Assembly (NCBI GenBank): GCA_963825525.1
Contig: CAWGTN010000002.1
Coordinates: 96,001-160,000, forward strand
Direction: 5' to 3'
Length of the DNA: 64,000 bases
Source of the DNA: an uncultured Chloroflexia bacterium
GTDB taxonomy: Bacteria > Chloroflexota > Limnocylindria > QHBO01
This document shows, one piece after another, positions 9,113 to 19,082 of this stretch; position 1 is the stretch's first letter; every line of letters starts with the position of its first letter. The notes under the pieces were generated by a model. The model searched no databases. It was given only the letters and a program-made list of their open reading frames with translations, and was not told the origin of the DNA. The translations under genes and the position numbers were made by a program.

Positions 9113-9946
9113 ATGCCCAAGAACGAAGCGACTGACGCCGTGACCCGCGTCTGCGTGGCCGGCGCCACCGGATGGGTGGGCAGCGTTCTCGTCCCCGCCA
9201 TCGCCGCGGCCGACGATCTCGCCCTGGGCTCCGCCGTGGCGCGGTCGGTCGCGGGGCAGGACATCGGGACGGTGTTGGGCGGCGAGCCGTTGGGAGTCAT
9301 CGTGACCGCCTCCGTCGCCGATGCGATCGAGGGAGTCGACGTCCTCGTCGACTACACCGCGCACGATGCCGTCAAGGCCAATGCTCTCGCGGCTCTCGAG
9401 CAGGGCGTTGCCGTCGTGATTGGCTCATCGGGCTTAAGCGCCGACGACTTCGCCGAGATCGAAGCGGCGGCCCGCGATGCCGGAGTGGGCGTGATCGCTG
9501 CGGGTAACTTCTCGATCACGGCTGCCATGGCGCAGGCCGCCGCGCTGCTGGTCGCCCCTCACCTGCCCCACGCCGAGATCATCGACTACGCGAGCGCCGG
9601 AAAGGCCGATGCGCCGAGCGGCACGGCCCGAGAGCTTGCCGAGCGGCTGGCTGCCGTGCGCCCCACCCGGTATGACCTGCCTGTCGGCGAGACGAAGGGA
9701 GCGCTCGATGCCAGGGGCGCCGACGTGGCTGGGACGCAGGTCCACTCGCTCCGCCTGCCGAGCTTTTCGGTCTCGACGGAGATCGTCTTCGGTCTGCGCG
9801 ATGAGCGCCTGAGCATCCGCCACGATGCCGGCTCATCGGCTGAGCCGTACGTTGCCGGCACGTTGCTGGCGATTCGGCGTGTCGGGGATGTCGTGGGTCT
9901 CGTTCGGGGCCTTGACACGCTCCTCCTGCGGCCGGCCGGCGGCTAG
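9113..9946 (+). CDS. dapB: 4-hydroxy-tetrahydrodipicolinate reductase
   Basis: VCVAGATGWVG Rossmann motif, VDYT, VIGSSG, GNFS, KADAPSGTA, IRHD; start may be GTG 9140. Confidence 0.88.
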   Translation: MPKNEATDAVTRVCVAGATGWVGSVLVPAIAAADDLALGSAVARSVAGQDIGTVLGGEPLGVIVTASVADAIEGVDVLVDYTAHDAVKANALAALEQGVAVVIGSSGLSADDFAEIEAAARDAGVGVIAAGNFSITAAMAQAAALLVAPHLPHAEIIDYASAGKADAPSGTARELAERLAAVRPTRYDLPVGETKGALDARGADVAGTQVHSLRLPSFSVSTEIVFGLRDERLSIRHDAGSSAEPYVAGTLLAIRRVGDVVGLVRGLDTLLLRPAGG

Positions 9947-10452
9947 GAGCCCGCGGCCCTCTCAGCCCGCTCTCTGCCGGCGGCCCGCGCGTAGGCCCAG
10001 ACGTCGATATCGGGAGGCGTGACGCCGAGCGTCGTGAGGATCGTGCATACCTGGCTTCGGTGGTCGGTGCCGTGATGCGGCACCTGGGCCAGGCGAACGC
10101 CCACCGGCGAGCGCACGGTCCAGTCACCGTCCTGTTCGACGATCTCCTCGTCCGCATCGAGGTCACGTTCCAGCAACGCAAACCACGCCGATCCCATCGC
10201 CATGAATGCGGAACGCAGCTCCGTCACGCCCGTCTCCGCCTCTTCATCGATCGACGTGTGATCGACCGGGAAGAAGGACTGGTACCAGCCCTCGGAGGCC
10301 ACCAGGTGTCGAAGCGTCCCGATGATGGACCCGTGGGTCCCGGGGGCCGACGCTGCGAGCTGCTCGTCCGTGAGCGTGGCGCAGGTCTCGAGAAGCCGAT
10401 CGGTTGCCCAGATGTGATGGGCGAATGCGTCGTGAAGCAGGGAGTGGCTCAC
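9943..10452 (-). CDS. DinB family protein
   Basis: HHIWATDRLL...TLRHLV...QVPHHGTDHRSQV; GTG start overlaps the upstream stop. Confidence 0.88.
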   Translation of the reverse strand: MSHSLLHDAFAHHIWATDRLLETCATLTDEQLAASAPGTHGSIIGTLRHLVASEGWYQSFFPVDHTSIDEEAETGVTELRSAFMAMGSAWFALLERDLDADEEIVEQDGDWTVRSPVGVRLAQVPHHGTDHRSQVCTILTTLGVTPPDIDVWAYARAAGRERAERAAGS

Positions 10453-11165
10453 GACGAAGCGGCGTCCCTCGCAACGTTGCCGATGATCTCGGCCAGCTCG
10501 CGCGGCTTCGACCACATCGGCCAATGGCTGGTCGGCAGGTCGATCCAGGTCACGTTGCGCAGCTCGGGGATGCCGGCCAGGAAGGCCCAGTCGGGGTTCT
10601 CGCTGGCGTACGTCTGGTACTGCTCGGCGGTGAATCCGGTGCAGATCATCGTGCTGGGGATGTCCCGCCGCGCGTCGTTGGTGAGCTCGGCACCCTCGCG
10701 CATCATCGCGCCCGGCTCGGGGACTGCTCGCTCGCGGAACGTCGCTTTCTGCTCATCGCTGAGCCCATCGAGGTTCTCGCCCTCTTCGATCTCGGACCAG
10801 ACCATCGGCTTCTCCGCGTTGGCGAATTCGGGATCCAGCGCGCCCTTGCCTGGAGCGGTGTCCACGTAGACCATGGCCGCGATCCGCTCGGGGATGCGGT
10901 CGCTGGCCGCGTAGCCGCTGAACCCTGCCGCGCTGTGCAGAACGAGGACCGAGGGGGAGTCCTTGCTCTCGAGGGCGTCACAGATGGCGTCGACGTGGTC
11001 GGCAAACGTGACGCTCGAGCGATCCGCGTCGGCGGATTCGAGGCCGGGAAGCGTCAGCGCGGTGACGTCGTGGCCATCGCCGCGGAGCGCATCGGCGACT
11101 TCGTCCCATGCCCAGGCGCCGAGCCAGAATCCGGGAACCAGAATGATCGGTGCGGTCGTAGCCAT
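10449..11165 (-). CDS. alpha/beta hydrolase (Abhydrolase_6)
   Basis: LVPGFWLGAWAW, VLHSAAG and LPTSHWPMWSKP. Confidence 0.9.
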   Translation of the reverse strand: MATTAPIILVPGFWLGAWAWDEVADALRGDGHDVTALTLPGLESADADRSSVTFADHVDAICDALESKDSPSVLVLHSAAGFSGYAASDRIPERIAAMVYVDTAPGKGALDPEFANAEKPMVWSEIEEGENLDGLSDEQKATFRERAVPEPGAMMREGAELTNDARRDIPSTMICTGFTAEQYQTYASENPDWAFLAGIPELRNVTWIDLPTSHWPMWSKPRELAEIIGNVARDAASS

Positions 11166-11215
11166 GGAGTCTCCCGTTGGTGCTGTTGGGCAGTTTCAGC
11201 GAGTAGGGTAGCGGG

Positions 11216-11722
11216 ATGCATGCCACCCCCGTTCGGGCCGCGTTCGATATGTGGCCGCAGTACAACCGCCGGTTACGCGAGGTCATCGGCGGCATGTCGC
11301 CGGAGAGTCTCGCCATCCGACCGTCGCTCGATGGCTGGCCGATCTGGGCCATCGTGGGACACACCGCCGGCACCCGCGTCTACTGGCTGTGCGAGGTTGC
11401 CGGCGAGCCGGGTGCCCAGACGACGCCGTTCACGGACTTCGAGACCGGCTGGGAGGACGACCTCGAGCACCCCCGCAGCGCCGATGAGCTCGTCGCTGCC
11501 CTCGACTCGACGTTCGCCATCATCGAGGGCGTCCTCGACCGATGGACGATGGAGCAGCTCGCCGAGACGGTGGAGCGCACGTACGAGGCGAGCACGCAGG
11601 TCCATTCCCGAGGATCGATTCTTCAGCGACTGTTCAGCCACGAGGCGTACCACTGCGGAGAGCTGTCACAGACGCTGGGAATCCACGGGCTGGAACAGAT
11701 CGACCTTTGGCGGCCCGACTGA
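11216..11722 (+). CDS. DinB family protein
   Basis: WAIVGHTAG...SHEAYHCGEL metal-binding histidines. Confidence 0.88.
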   Translation: MHATPVRAAFDMWPQYNRRLREVIGGMSPESLAIRPSLDGWPIWAIVGHTAGTRVYWLCEVAGEPGAQTTPFTDFETGWEDDLEHPRSADELVAALDSTFAIIEGVLDRWTMEQLAETVERTYEASTQVHSRGSILQRLFSHEAYHCGELSQTLGIHGLEQIDLWRPD

Positions 11723-11733
11723 GGGATTGCGCC

Positions 11734-12354
11734 TCAGAAGTCGATGCGCATCACGGCGCGGCGCTTGCCCGGGCGGCTGACCTCGGTCATGCCCGCCGCC
11801 TCGAAGATGCTCTCGGCGCCGACGTGGATCTCGTCCCAGGTGATCTCGCCGGCGGACTTCAGCATCGGGTAGGCCTCCAGCGCGTGGGCACCGTGTGACC
11901 GGGCGTGCTCGACCGCCGCGCGTGCCAGTCCGTAGGCGATTCCCTGGCGTCGGTGGCCGGCGCGGACGAAGACGCAGGTCACGGCCCAGACGCTGTCATC
12001 GGCCTTATCCTCGTTCCGGCCCTCCCACGGGGTGCGGTAGACCCGGAGCAGGCCCTCGTACGCCGGGCGTGGCTCCACGGCGCACCACCCGACCGGGTCG
12101 TCCCCGATGTAGGCCACGAGACCCGTCGTTGTGGAGGCATTCGGATTGCCGGCGTTCGTCTGCTCCCGCAACCGGAGTGCGCGCTCCTCGGCGGGGAAGG
12201 AGCGGAACGACTCGCGGGGTGCGAGCTTGTATCGCTGGCACCAGCACATCGCGGCCGACCCGCGCGAGCCGAAGATAGCCTGGATGTCCTGCCAGGAGGC
12301 CTGGTTCGCCGGCCGGACGACGAGCTCGGCGCCCGGATCAGTCTCATTCGTCAC
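11734..12354 (-). CDS. GNAT family N-acetyltransferase
   Basis: CWCQRY, VWAVTCVFV, HRRQGIAYGL and LEAYP; same subfamily as 4757-5347. Confidence 0.9.
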   Translation of the reverse strand: MTNETDPGAELVVRPANQASWQDIQAIFGSRGSAAMCWCQRYKLAPRESFRSFPAEERALRLREQTNAGNPNASTTTGLVAYIGDDPVGWCAVEPRPAYEGLLRVYRTPWEGRNEDKADDSVWAVTCVFVRAGHRRQGIAYGLARAAVEHARSHGAHALEAYPMLKSAGEITWDEIHVGAESIFEAAGMTEVSRPGKRRAVMRIDF

Positions 12355-12423
12355 GCGGCGAGGGTACCGAACCTGGGGGCGAAACTCACGGGTCACCGCG
12401 CGGGTCCATCGCATTCCGTGGGA

Positions 12424-12597
12424 TTGTCAATTGCCCGTTCTGGCGACGCTAGCCGAGGTCACGTCCGCGCTCGCACGTGTGAGGCGCAGGTTTACGCAGG
12501 TTCGCCGGTGAAATCGGCGCCTTGCGTCGCCAGGATGGACACATGACAACTGCCCCGGACGATCCGAGCTGAATCCGCACCTAATGTCGTCAGGGCA
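12424..12597. repeat. 126-bp long-palindrome element (family B) followed by a shortened hairpin copy
   Basis: Arms TTGTCA..TGCCCGTTCTGGCGACGC / GCGTCGCCAGGATGGACACATGACAA with central AGGTTTAC 48 nt after CTGGCGAC, as at 8927. 12580-12594 CCTAATGTCGTCAGG is identical to 9008-9022. Confidence 0.72.
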
Positions 12598-12664
12598 GGC
12601 ATCTGACGACCGCCGCTCGCAACCGGGCGACGCGTATGCTCGTGCCTCGCACTGGAGCCTGTAG

Positions 12665-13477
12665 GTGGCCAACGAGTCGCTCCTTCCCCTGCGCGACGTG
12701 AAGCGGCATCTCCGAGTACTCGGCGAGCGTTTCGTGGGGATGCGCGAGATCCCGACCGACGCGATCGTGGGTTCGGTCGACCGCTCCGTGGACTTCGACC
12801 GGTTCTTCCGAACCCGCCGCCGCGACCTGAAGAAGCGCATCGATGGACTGCGCGAGGCGTTCGGCGACCGGCCGATGCCGCCGATCACCGTCTACGAGGC
12901 CGGAGGGCTGTACTTCGTGGTCGACGGCCACCACCGCGTGGCGCTCGCGCGGCAACAGGGCGCCACACTCATGGATGCCGAGGTCACGCAGATCGAGACA
13001 TCGCATCGGCTGCACCCCGACGTGGACATCCTGGAGCTGATTCACACCGAGCAGCATCGGCGCTTCAAGGATCGGACGGGCCTGCACGACGTGGCGCCCG
13101 ATGCGGTCGTGGAGTTCTCGCGGCCGCTCGGCTACGGCGAGCTGCTGCAGGTCATCGAGGCGCACGCGTACGAGCTCAGCCAGGGGCGGGGGAGCCTGGT
13201 GCCGATCGGAGAGGCGACGCGTGACTGGTACGACACCAGCTGGCTGCCAGCTCTCGAGGCCATCGAATCGAGCGGACTCCGCACCGCGTACGACTTCAAG
13301 ACCGATGGGGACCGATACCTGTGGACATACCGCAAGCTCCAGGAGCTGCGTGCTGCCGACCCGGTCGCCACCTGGGAGACTGCTGCCGCTGCCCTCGCGC
13401 GCCTACCGGTGGCGCGCGGCCACCGTCGCGAGACCCTCGCGATGCGGCGCGAGCCGCTTCCGACGCGCCGCTCCTAG
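12665..13477 (+). CDS. ParB/Srx-like N-terminal domain protein with DUF4032-like C-terminus
   Basis: IVGSVDR..DFDR.F and PPITVYEAGGLYFVVDGHHRVALAR; helical C-terminus with WYDTSWLP...DRYLW. Confidence 0.8.
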   Translation: MANESLLPLRDVKRHLRVLGERFVGMREIPTDAIVGSVDRSVDFDRFFRTRRRDLKKRIDGLREAFGDRPMPPITVYEAGGLYFVVDGHHRVALARQQGATLMDAEVTQIETSHRLHPDVDILELIHTEQHRRFKDRTGLHDVAPDAVVEFSRPLGYGELLQVIEAHAYELSQGRGSLVPIGEATRDWYDTSWLPALEAIESSGLRTAYDFKTDGDRYLWTYRKLQELRAADPVATWETAAAALARLPVARGHRRETLAMRREPLPTRRS

Positions 13478-13492
13478 GGCGAAGGCCATCGA

Positions 13493-14299
13493 TCAGCTCG
13501 GAAGCAGCTCCTTCATCTGGTTCGCGATGAACCCAGCCGCGCGGCGAGGGCTCAAGCGGTAGATGCGGTCCATGAACGTGGCGTCGCTGCCGACCATCAC
13601 GCGGTAGGCGTCCTTCTCCATTCCGTCCAGGATGATCCGGGCGGCTTTGTCGGCGGGCAGCGCCCGGCTGGCCATCTTCTCCGCATCGGCTCCGGTGATG
13701 GGAACGTCGACCCCGGAGTTGGCGGTGATGTTCGTGGCGACCGCGCCCGGGAAGACGACAGTGACGTGGACACCCGTCCCGCGGCACTCCGAGTGCAGGC
13801 CCTCGGTCAGCAGCTTCACCGCGGCCTTCGACGCGCCGTAGACCGTCTGCCCTGGGACCGGCAGAAAGCCACCCATGCTCGACACGTTCACGATGTGGCC
13901 CTCTGGTCGCGCAAGCAGGACCGGCAGGAACGTCTTCGTGAAGTAGAGCGTGCCAAGCCAATTGATCGTGAAGACACGGTCGATGGCGTCGTAGTCGAGA
14001 TCCTTGAGCCGGACGAAGGGCTGGATGATCCCGGCGCAATGGATAAGTCCGTCGACGGCACCGTGGTGAGCGATCACCGCGTCGGGGAGTGCCTCGACTG
14101 CCGGCCGGTCGGCAACGTTGATCTCATGCGTCGACAAGCGCTCGCCGGCCGCCGCGAGCTGTGCCGTTTCGACCAGCGTGACGGGGTTGATGTCGCAGGC
14201 AGCGACGCGCGCGCCTCGGCGCAGCGCTTCCAGCGCAACTTCGCGCCCGATGCCGCTCCCGGCGCCCGTCACGACAAGGACCCTGTTTGCGATCTTCAT
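13493..14299 (-). CDS. SDR family oxidoreductase
   Basis: TGAGSGIG, NVSS and YGASK; GGAGG RBS. Confidence 0.95.
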   Translation of the reverse strand: MKIANRVLVVTGAGSGIGREVALEALRRGARVAACDINPVTLVETAQLAAAGERLSTHEINVADRPAVEALPDAVIAHHGAVDGLIHCAGIIQPFVRLKDLDYDAIDRVFTINWLGTLYFTKTFLPVLLARPEGHIVNVSSMGGFLPVPGQTVYGASKAAVKLLTEGLHSECRGTGVHVTVVFPGAVATNITANSGVDVPITGADAEKMASRALPADKAARIILDGMEKDAYRVMVGSDATFMDRIYRLSPRRAAGFIANQMKELLPS

Positions 14300-14439
14300 C
14301 GGAACCTCCTGCACCCAACCTACGACCATGGGCTGTCCGGGGGATGGGCCGTTCGGCCCGTTCGCTCGGGCTGCCACGACGGCGGAGCCAACGGCGATCT
14401 ACAGGGCCTGCGCCGTTGTCAGTTGAGGCACGGGGAAGG

Positions 14440-15318
14440 CTAGCCGAGCACCTCGCGCAGCGTCGCGGCGAATTCGTCCGGCTTCCCGACCTGGCCGTAC
14501 TCGCCGCCCATGAACGCACCGTGATCGCCAGGGAACGTCACCGGCTCGGTGCCCAGACGCTCGGCGACCGCCCGGCCGCCGCGAGCCGCCAGCTGCTCGC
14601 CTGACTCCGCGCCGACGCCGATGACGATCCGCGTCGAAGCCGACAGGATTGCCTCGAAGTCGGGCTCGTAGCGCGGCAGCGTCATCATGTTCTGGCCCAG
14701 CAGCGGATCTGAGCGATCCCCGTTGTCATCGGCCGGCATCCCGAACATGGCCGGGTCAGGGCCGGGCTGCGCTGCCGATTCAGCGGTGAATTCGCCGGGA
14801 TGGCTGGTCACGGCGATGAAGTGCGCCATGCCTGCGCCCCAGCCGCTGCGCTGGTAGGTCTCGTGGACCGCGCGCATCACGCTCATCACGTGCTCGCGGT
14901 CGGGCAGCACAGAGGCAAGAGGCGGTTCGTGAGCGACGAGCGTCCGCACATCCCCAGGATGCTTCGCCACCAGGGCCAGCGCATTCACGGCACCGCCGCT
15001 GCTCGCGAACAGGTCGACCGGCCCGCCGCCGATCTCCTGGATGATGCGATGCACGTCGTCGGCGTGGATCTCAGGCGGTGACGAATCCATCGGGTCCGCC
15101 TTTACGCTCCGCTCGGACCCCCGCGGGTCATACGTGATCACGGTGCGGTCGGTGAAGTGGCCGGCCAGCGTCGGGAATCCCGACGCGCCCATGGGCGAGC
15201 CGATGATGAAGAGCGGCGGTTCGGTCGAATCCTCGACGCGCCGCACGTCGTAGGCGAGCGTTGCGCCGGCGACCTCGAGCGTCGTCGCCTCCGGTTCGAT
15301 GACGGTTGGGGCGGACAT
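14440..15318 (-). CDS. alpha/beta hydrolase
   Basis: TYDPRG, FASSGGA, HEPP and FPGDHG. Confidence 0.9.
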   Translation of the reverse strand: MSAPTVIEPEATTLEVAGATLAYDVRRVEDSTEPPLFIIGSPMGASGFPTLAGHFTDRTVITYDPRGSERSVKADPMDSSPPEIHADDVHRIIQEIGGGPVDLFASSGGAVNALALVAKHPGDVRTLVAHEPPLASVLPDREHVMSVMRAVHETYQRSGWGAGMAHFIAVTSHPGEFTAESAAQPGPDPAMFGMPADDNGDRSDPLLGQNMMTLPRYEPDFEAILSASTRIVIGVGAESGEQLAARGGRAVAERLGTEPVTFPGDHGAFMGGEYGQVGKPDEFAATLREVLG

Positions 15319-15395
15319 GGTCGTCTCCATTCGTGGACTGGGAGTGCTTGAATTGGACGAGATCGGGCCACCAGGCCCACCATTCGCGGCGCAGA

Positions 15396-15902
15396 TCAGT
15401 GCGGGGCGACGACGTCCTCCGCCAGGATGGCGTCGATCTGGCCAACGGCCTGGGTGAGCCCATCCTCCATGCCCATGGCCAGGATCTGCTCCATGGCCTC
15501 GGCGCTCGGGAAGATGCTCTCGATCGACATCCGGGTGCGACCGTCGCCGATATCCTCGATCGTGACCCGGCCTTCGTTCCGGGGGAGGGAATCGTTCGGC
15601 GTGCCGTCGTCGTTGGCAAAGCCATCGCGGAAGGTCAGCAGGCGCGGGGGATTCGTGTCGAGGACCTCCCAGTAGCCGTGCACTTCGTCGCCCTCGGGTC
15701 CGGTCATGTGGTACGCCACGTGACTTCCCGGCGCGAGATCGTGCTCGGTGAAGGTGGCGGGGTAAGTGGGTGGTCCCCACCAGCGCTCGAGCTGGCGCGG
15801 ATCGGCCCAAAGCTGCCAGACGCGGTCGGCGGTGGCGTCGAACTCGGCCTCCAGGGTCATGGTCAGCGTCTGCGGGTCCTTGCGGACGGCGGTCACGGTC
15901 AT
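15396..15902 (-). CDS. SRPBCC (AHSA1/START-like) domain protein
   Basis: RVWQLWADPRQLERWWGPP...MGMEDG. Confidence 0.92.
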   Translation of the reverse strand: MTVTAVRKDPQTLTMTLEAEFDATADRVWQLWADPRQLERWWGPPTYPATFTEHDLAPGSHVAYHMTGPEGDEVHGYWEVLDTNPPRLLTFRDGFANDDGTPNDSLPRNEGRVTIEDIGDGRTRMSIESIFPSAEAMEQILAMGMEDGLTQAVGQIDAILAEDVVAPH

Positions 15903-16237
15903 GGGTGGGTCTCCTTCCCCTCTGCGACGAGCTCAGTCATACGGTCGACCCGACCGCGCCATAGCTCCTCGTACCGGTCGAGCAGGCGGCGCGCGACGCG
16001 CAGCCCGTCGAGATTGGTGCGGACGACCTTCCGTCGCCCGATGCGGACCTTGGTGACGAGCCCCGCCCGCTCCAGGATCGCGACGTGCTTCTGCACAGCC
16101 GCGAAGCTCATGGGGTAGTGGCCGGCCAGCTCGGCGATGCCTTCCTCGGCGTCGATCGCGCGGCGCACGATGTCCCGGCGGGTATGGTCCGCCAGGGCAC
16201 CGAACATGCGGTCGAAGTCGGGAGGTGCGATCTGCAT
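15899..16237 (-). CDS. ArsR/SmtB family regulator
   Basis: FGALADHTRRDIV...MSFAAVQKHVAILERAGLV; classic ArsR-SRPBCC pair. Confidence 0.92.
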   Translation of the reverse strand: MQIAPPDFDRMFGALADHTRRDIVRRAIDAEEGIAELAGHYPMSFAAVQKHVAILERAGLVTKVRIGRRKVVRTNLDGLRVARRLLDRYEELWRGRVDRMTELVAEGKETHP

Positions 16238-16240
16238 GAA

Positions 16241-16256
16241 ACAACCATACGGTTGT
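16241..16256. promoter_or_regulatory. probable ArsR operator
   Basis: Perfect inverted repeat ACAACC-atac-GGTTGT directly upstream of the ArsR start codon. Confidence 0.7.
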
Positions 16257-16345
16257 ATCACGGGGGTGTCAAGTGGCGGGGCATTGCACGGGGCGGCGGA
16301 TATGACCCCCAAGTCTTAGCGTTGACGCGATCACGATTCCCCTAG

Positions 16346-16468
16346 TTGCGCGAAGCCATCGTTGCGCGCCCGGAGTGGCTGATATGGTCGTGCTGAGAAA
16401 TGGATATTCGGTCGAACCCCTATCAGCTGTCGCTCACCGTGCCGCATCTCGCCGCGCTTTCGGCGCAA
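16346..16468. repeat. ~123-bp degenerate long hairpin
   Basis: Nested arms TTGCGC..GAAG / CTTTCGGCGCAA and GCTGATA.GG / CC.TATCAGC. Confidence 0.45.
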
Positions 16469-16485
16469 GCGACGGACGGTGGCGC

Positions 16486-17481
16486 ATGAAGGCAGCCCTC
16501 AAATTCCGATACGGCCCGCCCGACGTGGTCGAGATCAATGAGATCGACGTCCCGGTGCCGTCCGAGGGCCAGGTCCTCATCCGCGTTCGCGCCGCATCGG
16601 TCAACCGCGCCGACCTGGACGTCATGAAGCCCAAGCCCAGCTTCACCCGGCTGTTCATGGGTCTTCGCGCGCCTCGCGACCACGGAGTCGGGCTGGATGC
16701 CGCGGGCGTGGTCGAATCCGTCGGCGCGGGCGTCACCCGCATCAGGCCCGGCGACAACGTCTTCACGGACATGTTCGCGTCAGGTCGCAGCGGCGGGGCA
16801 CTCGCGGAGTACGTCTGCGCTCGCGAGAAGGCCGTGCAGGTGATCCCGCCCGGCATGTCGTTCGAGGAGGCCGCGACGCTGCCGCATTCGGCGATTCTCG
16901 CCATTCAGGGCCTCCGACTCAGCAATGGTCGGACAATCCAGCCGGGCGACAAGGTGTTGATCGACGGCGCGTCGGGCAACGTTGGACCGTTCGCCGTCCA
17001 GATCGCGAAGGCGATGGGCGCTGAGGTCACCGGCGTCGCCAGCGGCGACAAGCTGGACTTCGTCCGTTCCATCGGCGCCGATCACGTGCTCGACTACACC
17101 AAGGTCGACTACACGAAGGCCGATGCGCGCTACGACTGGATCGCGGCCGTCGACTCGCATCACTCGATCCGCGCCGTACGGCGCGCGCTGCGGCCGAATG
17201 GCGTGTACGTCACGATGGGCGGCGAGACGGGAAGCATCCTGGCTGCGATGGTAGGCGGGCTGCTCGTCTCGAGGTTCAGCGACCGCTGGAGCGGCTTGCT
17301 GCTGTGGTGGAAGCCGATGCACGGGCCGGACGTCGAAACCTTGAAGGAGCTCATCGCGGCCGGAACGCTCAAGCCCTTCATCGACCGCCGCATGCCGCTG
17401 TCCGAGATCGTCGCCGCGCTGCGCTACGTCGAAGAGGGCCGAGCCACGGGCAAGGTCGTGATCACCTTCGATCGGCCCTAG
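16486..17481 (+). CDS. NAD(P)-dependent alcohol dehydrogenase / quinone reductase (MDR family)
   Basis: VRAASVNRAD, LIDGASGNVG and ATGKVVI. Confidence 0.93.
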   Translation: MKAALKFRYGPPDVVEINEIDVPVPSEGQVLIRVRAASVNRADLDVMKPKPSFTRLFMGLRAPRDHGVGLDAAGVVESVGAGVTRIRPGDNVFTDMFASGRSGGALAEYVCAREKAVQVIPPGMSFEEAATLPHSAILAIQGLRLSNGRTIQPGDKVLIDGASGNVGPFAVQIAKAMGAEVTGVASGDKLDFVRSIGADHVLDYTKVDYTKADARYDWIAAVDSHHSIRAVRRALRPNGVYVTMGGETGSILAAMVGGLLVSRFSDRWSGLLLWWKPMHGPDVETLKELIAAGTLKPFIDRRMPLSEIVAALRYVEEGRATGKVVITFDRP

Positions 17482-17488
17482 CGCCGCC

Positions 17489-18498
17489 ATGCGCCTCACG
17501 CGAGAGCAGATCCTTGCGTTCCGGCGGCGCGCCCAGGCGCTCGATCGGCGACTGCCGGCCGGCGGTGATCCATCCGACGTGCGGCCCGCGCCGGACTGCA
17601 GGACAGCATGCCGAGGGCTGCGCTGCTGTCGCTGCATGCCCGAGTTGCGCGTGTTGAGGCAACCAGCTGGGAGGATCCCGCGCTCGTTCAGGTCTGGGGT
17701 CCGCGGTACAGCGCCTACGCCGTCGCGCGAGAGGACATCGGCGTCTTCACGCTCGGAAGGCTCCCCGCCGATGCGCGCGGGCAGCAGCGCGCCACGGAGT
17801 TAGCGGATCGCGTCGACGCATTCCTGGACGGCAGGAGGCTCCCCGCTACGGAAATCGGGCGGGGGCTCAAGATCCATCCGAGCGCGCAGCGCTACGCGGC
17901 GCCCACGGGCCGCATCCTCATCCGATGGGACGGCGCCCGCCAGCCGACGGTATGGACCGTGCCGGCACCCGAGATGGAGCCAGAAATGGCCCGTCTCGAG
18001 CTCGCGCGTCGCCACCTCAGCTTCTTCGGCCCTTCGACGCCGTCGAGCTTCGCGACGTGGGCCGGTATCAAGCCACCCGTCGGTCGGGCTGCCTTCGAAG
18101 GGTTGGCTGGAGAACTCGCGGCCGTTCGCACGCCGCTCGGGGACGCATGGATGCTTGCCGCTGACGAGCCATCCATGCACGCCCGTTCGGGGCCCGAGGC
18201 TCCGGCGCGCCTGCTGCCGAGCGGCGATGTGTACTACCTGCTTCAGGGGACGGATCGTGAGCTGCTCATCCCCGAGGCGGATCGGCGCGCGCGGCTCTGG
18301 ACGTCTCGGGTCTGGCCAGGGGCGGTGCTCGTCGGTGGCGAGATCATCGGGACGTGGCGGCGAGCGGAGGCGACCGTCACGGTCGATGCCTGGCGCCGTC
18401 TCTCAAACGCCGAGCGAGAGGCTGTGGAGTCCGAGGCAGCGGGGCTGCCGCTGCCCGGCCTGAAGAGCGCGATCCAGGTGCGCTGGGTCGGCGGCTGA
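17489..18498 (+). CDS. AlkZ/YcaQ-like winged-helix (HTH_42) DNA glycosylase family protein, one apparent frameshift near 17575
   Basis: N-terminus MRLTREQILAFR continues in another frame as LQDSMPRAALLSLHAR...FATWAG...RLLPSGD...LVGGEIIGTWRR. Confidence 0.78.
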
Positions 18499-18590
18499 GT
18501 CGCTGGGCCGCGTCGGCCGCCCGACGATTCGGACCGACCGCTGTCTGGTTCGGTAGCATTCCCGGATCACAAACCCGCAGGGGGATCCAC

Positions 18591-19082
18591 ATGCACGCCG
18601 ACAACGTCCGCTGGCTGTTCGACTACGACCGTTGGGCCACCCGCGGGATACTGACCGCACTCGACGGGGTCGACGCCGCCCTGTGGGAGCAGCCGAACGC
18701 CGTTGGCGAACGCGGACTGGGAGGTATCCTCGTGCACCACCTGGGTGCATCGCAGCGCTGGCGTGTCGGCCTACAGAGCCGCGGCGCGGACGAGGGGCCC
18801 GCGCCGGAAAACGAACCGTTGCCGGCGGTGCGCGAGCTGATCGATCGCTGGGAGGCGGAGTGGAGCGAGGTCGATGCCTGGCTGCCGACCCTCACCGACG
18901 AGTTCGTCGCGTTCGTGTTCGACGGGGTTCCCGTGTGGCAGATGCTCGTACATGTCGTCAATCACGGCACGCAGCATCGGGCCGAAGCCGCCGCCCTGCT
19001 CACCGCAGACGGTCGATCGCCGGGTGAGCTGGACATGATCAACTACGCGGAGGATCTGGCCGGTCGAGAGGTCCCCGGATGA
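18591..19082 (+). CDS. DinB family protein
   Basis: FDYDRWAT...ILVHHL...HVVNHGTQHRAE. Confidence 0.92.
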   Translation: MHADNVRWLFDYDRWATRGILTALDGVDAALWEQPNAVGERGLGGILVHHLGASQRWRVGLQSRGADEGPAPENEPLPAVRELIDRWEAEWSEVDAWLPTLTDEFVAFVFDGVPVWQMLVHVVNHGTQHRAEAAALLTADGRSPGELDMINYAEDLAGREVPG

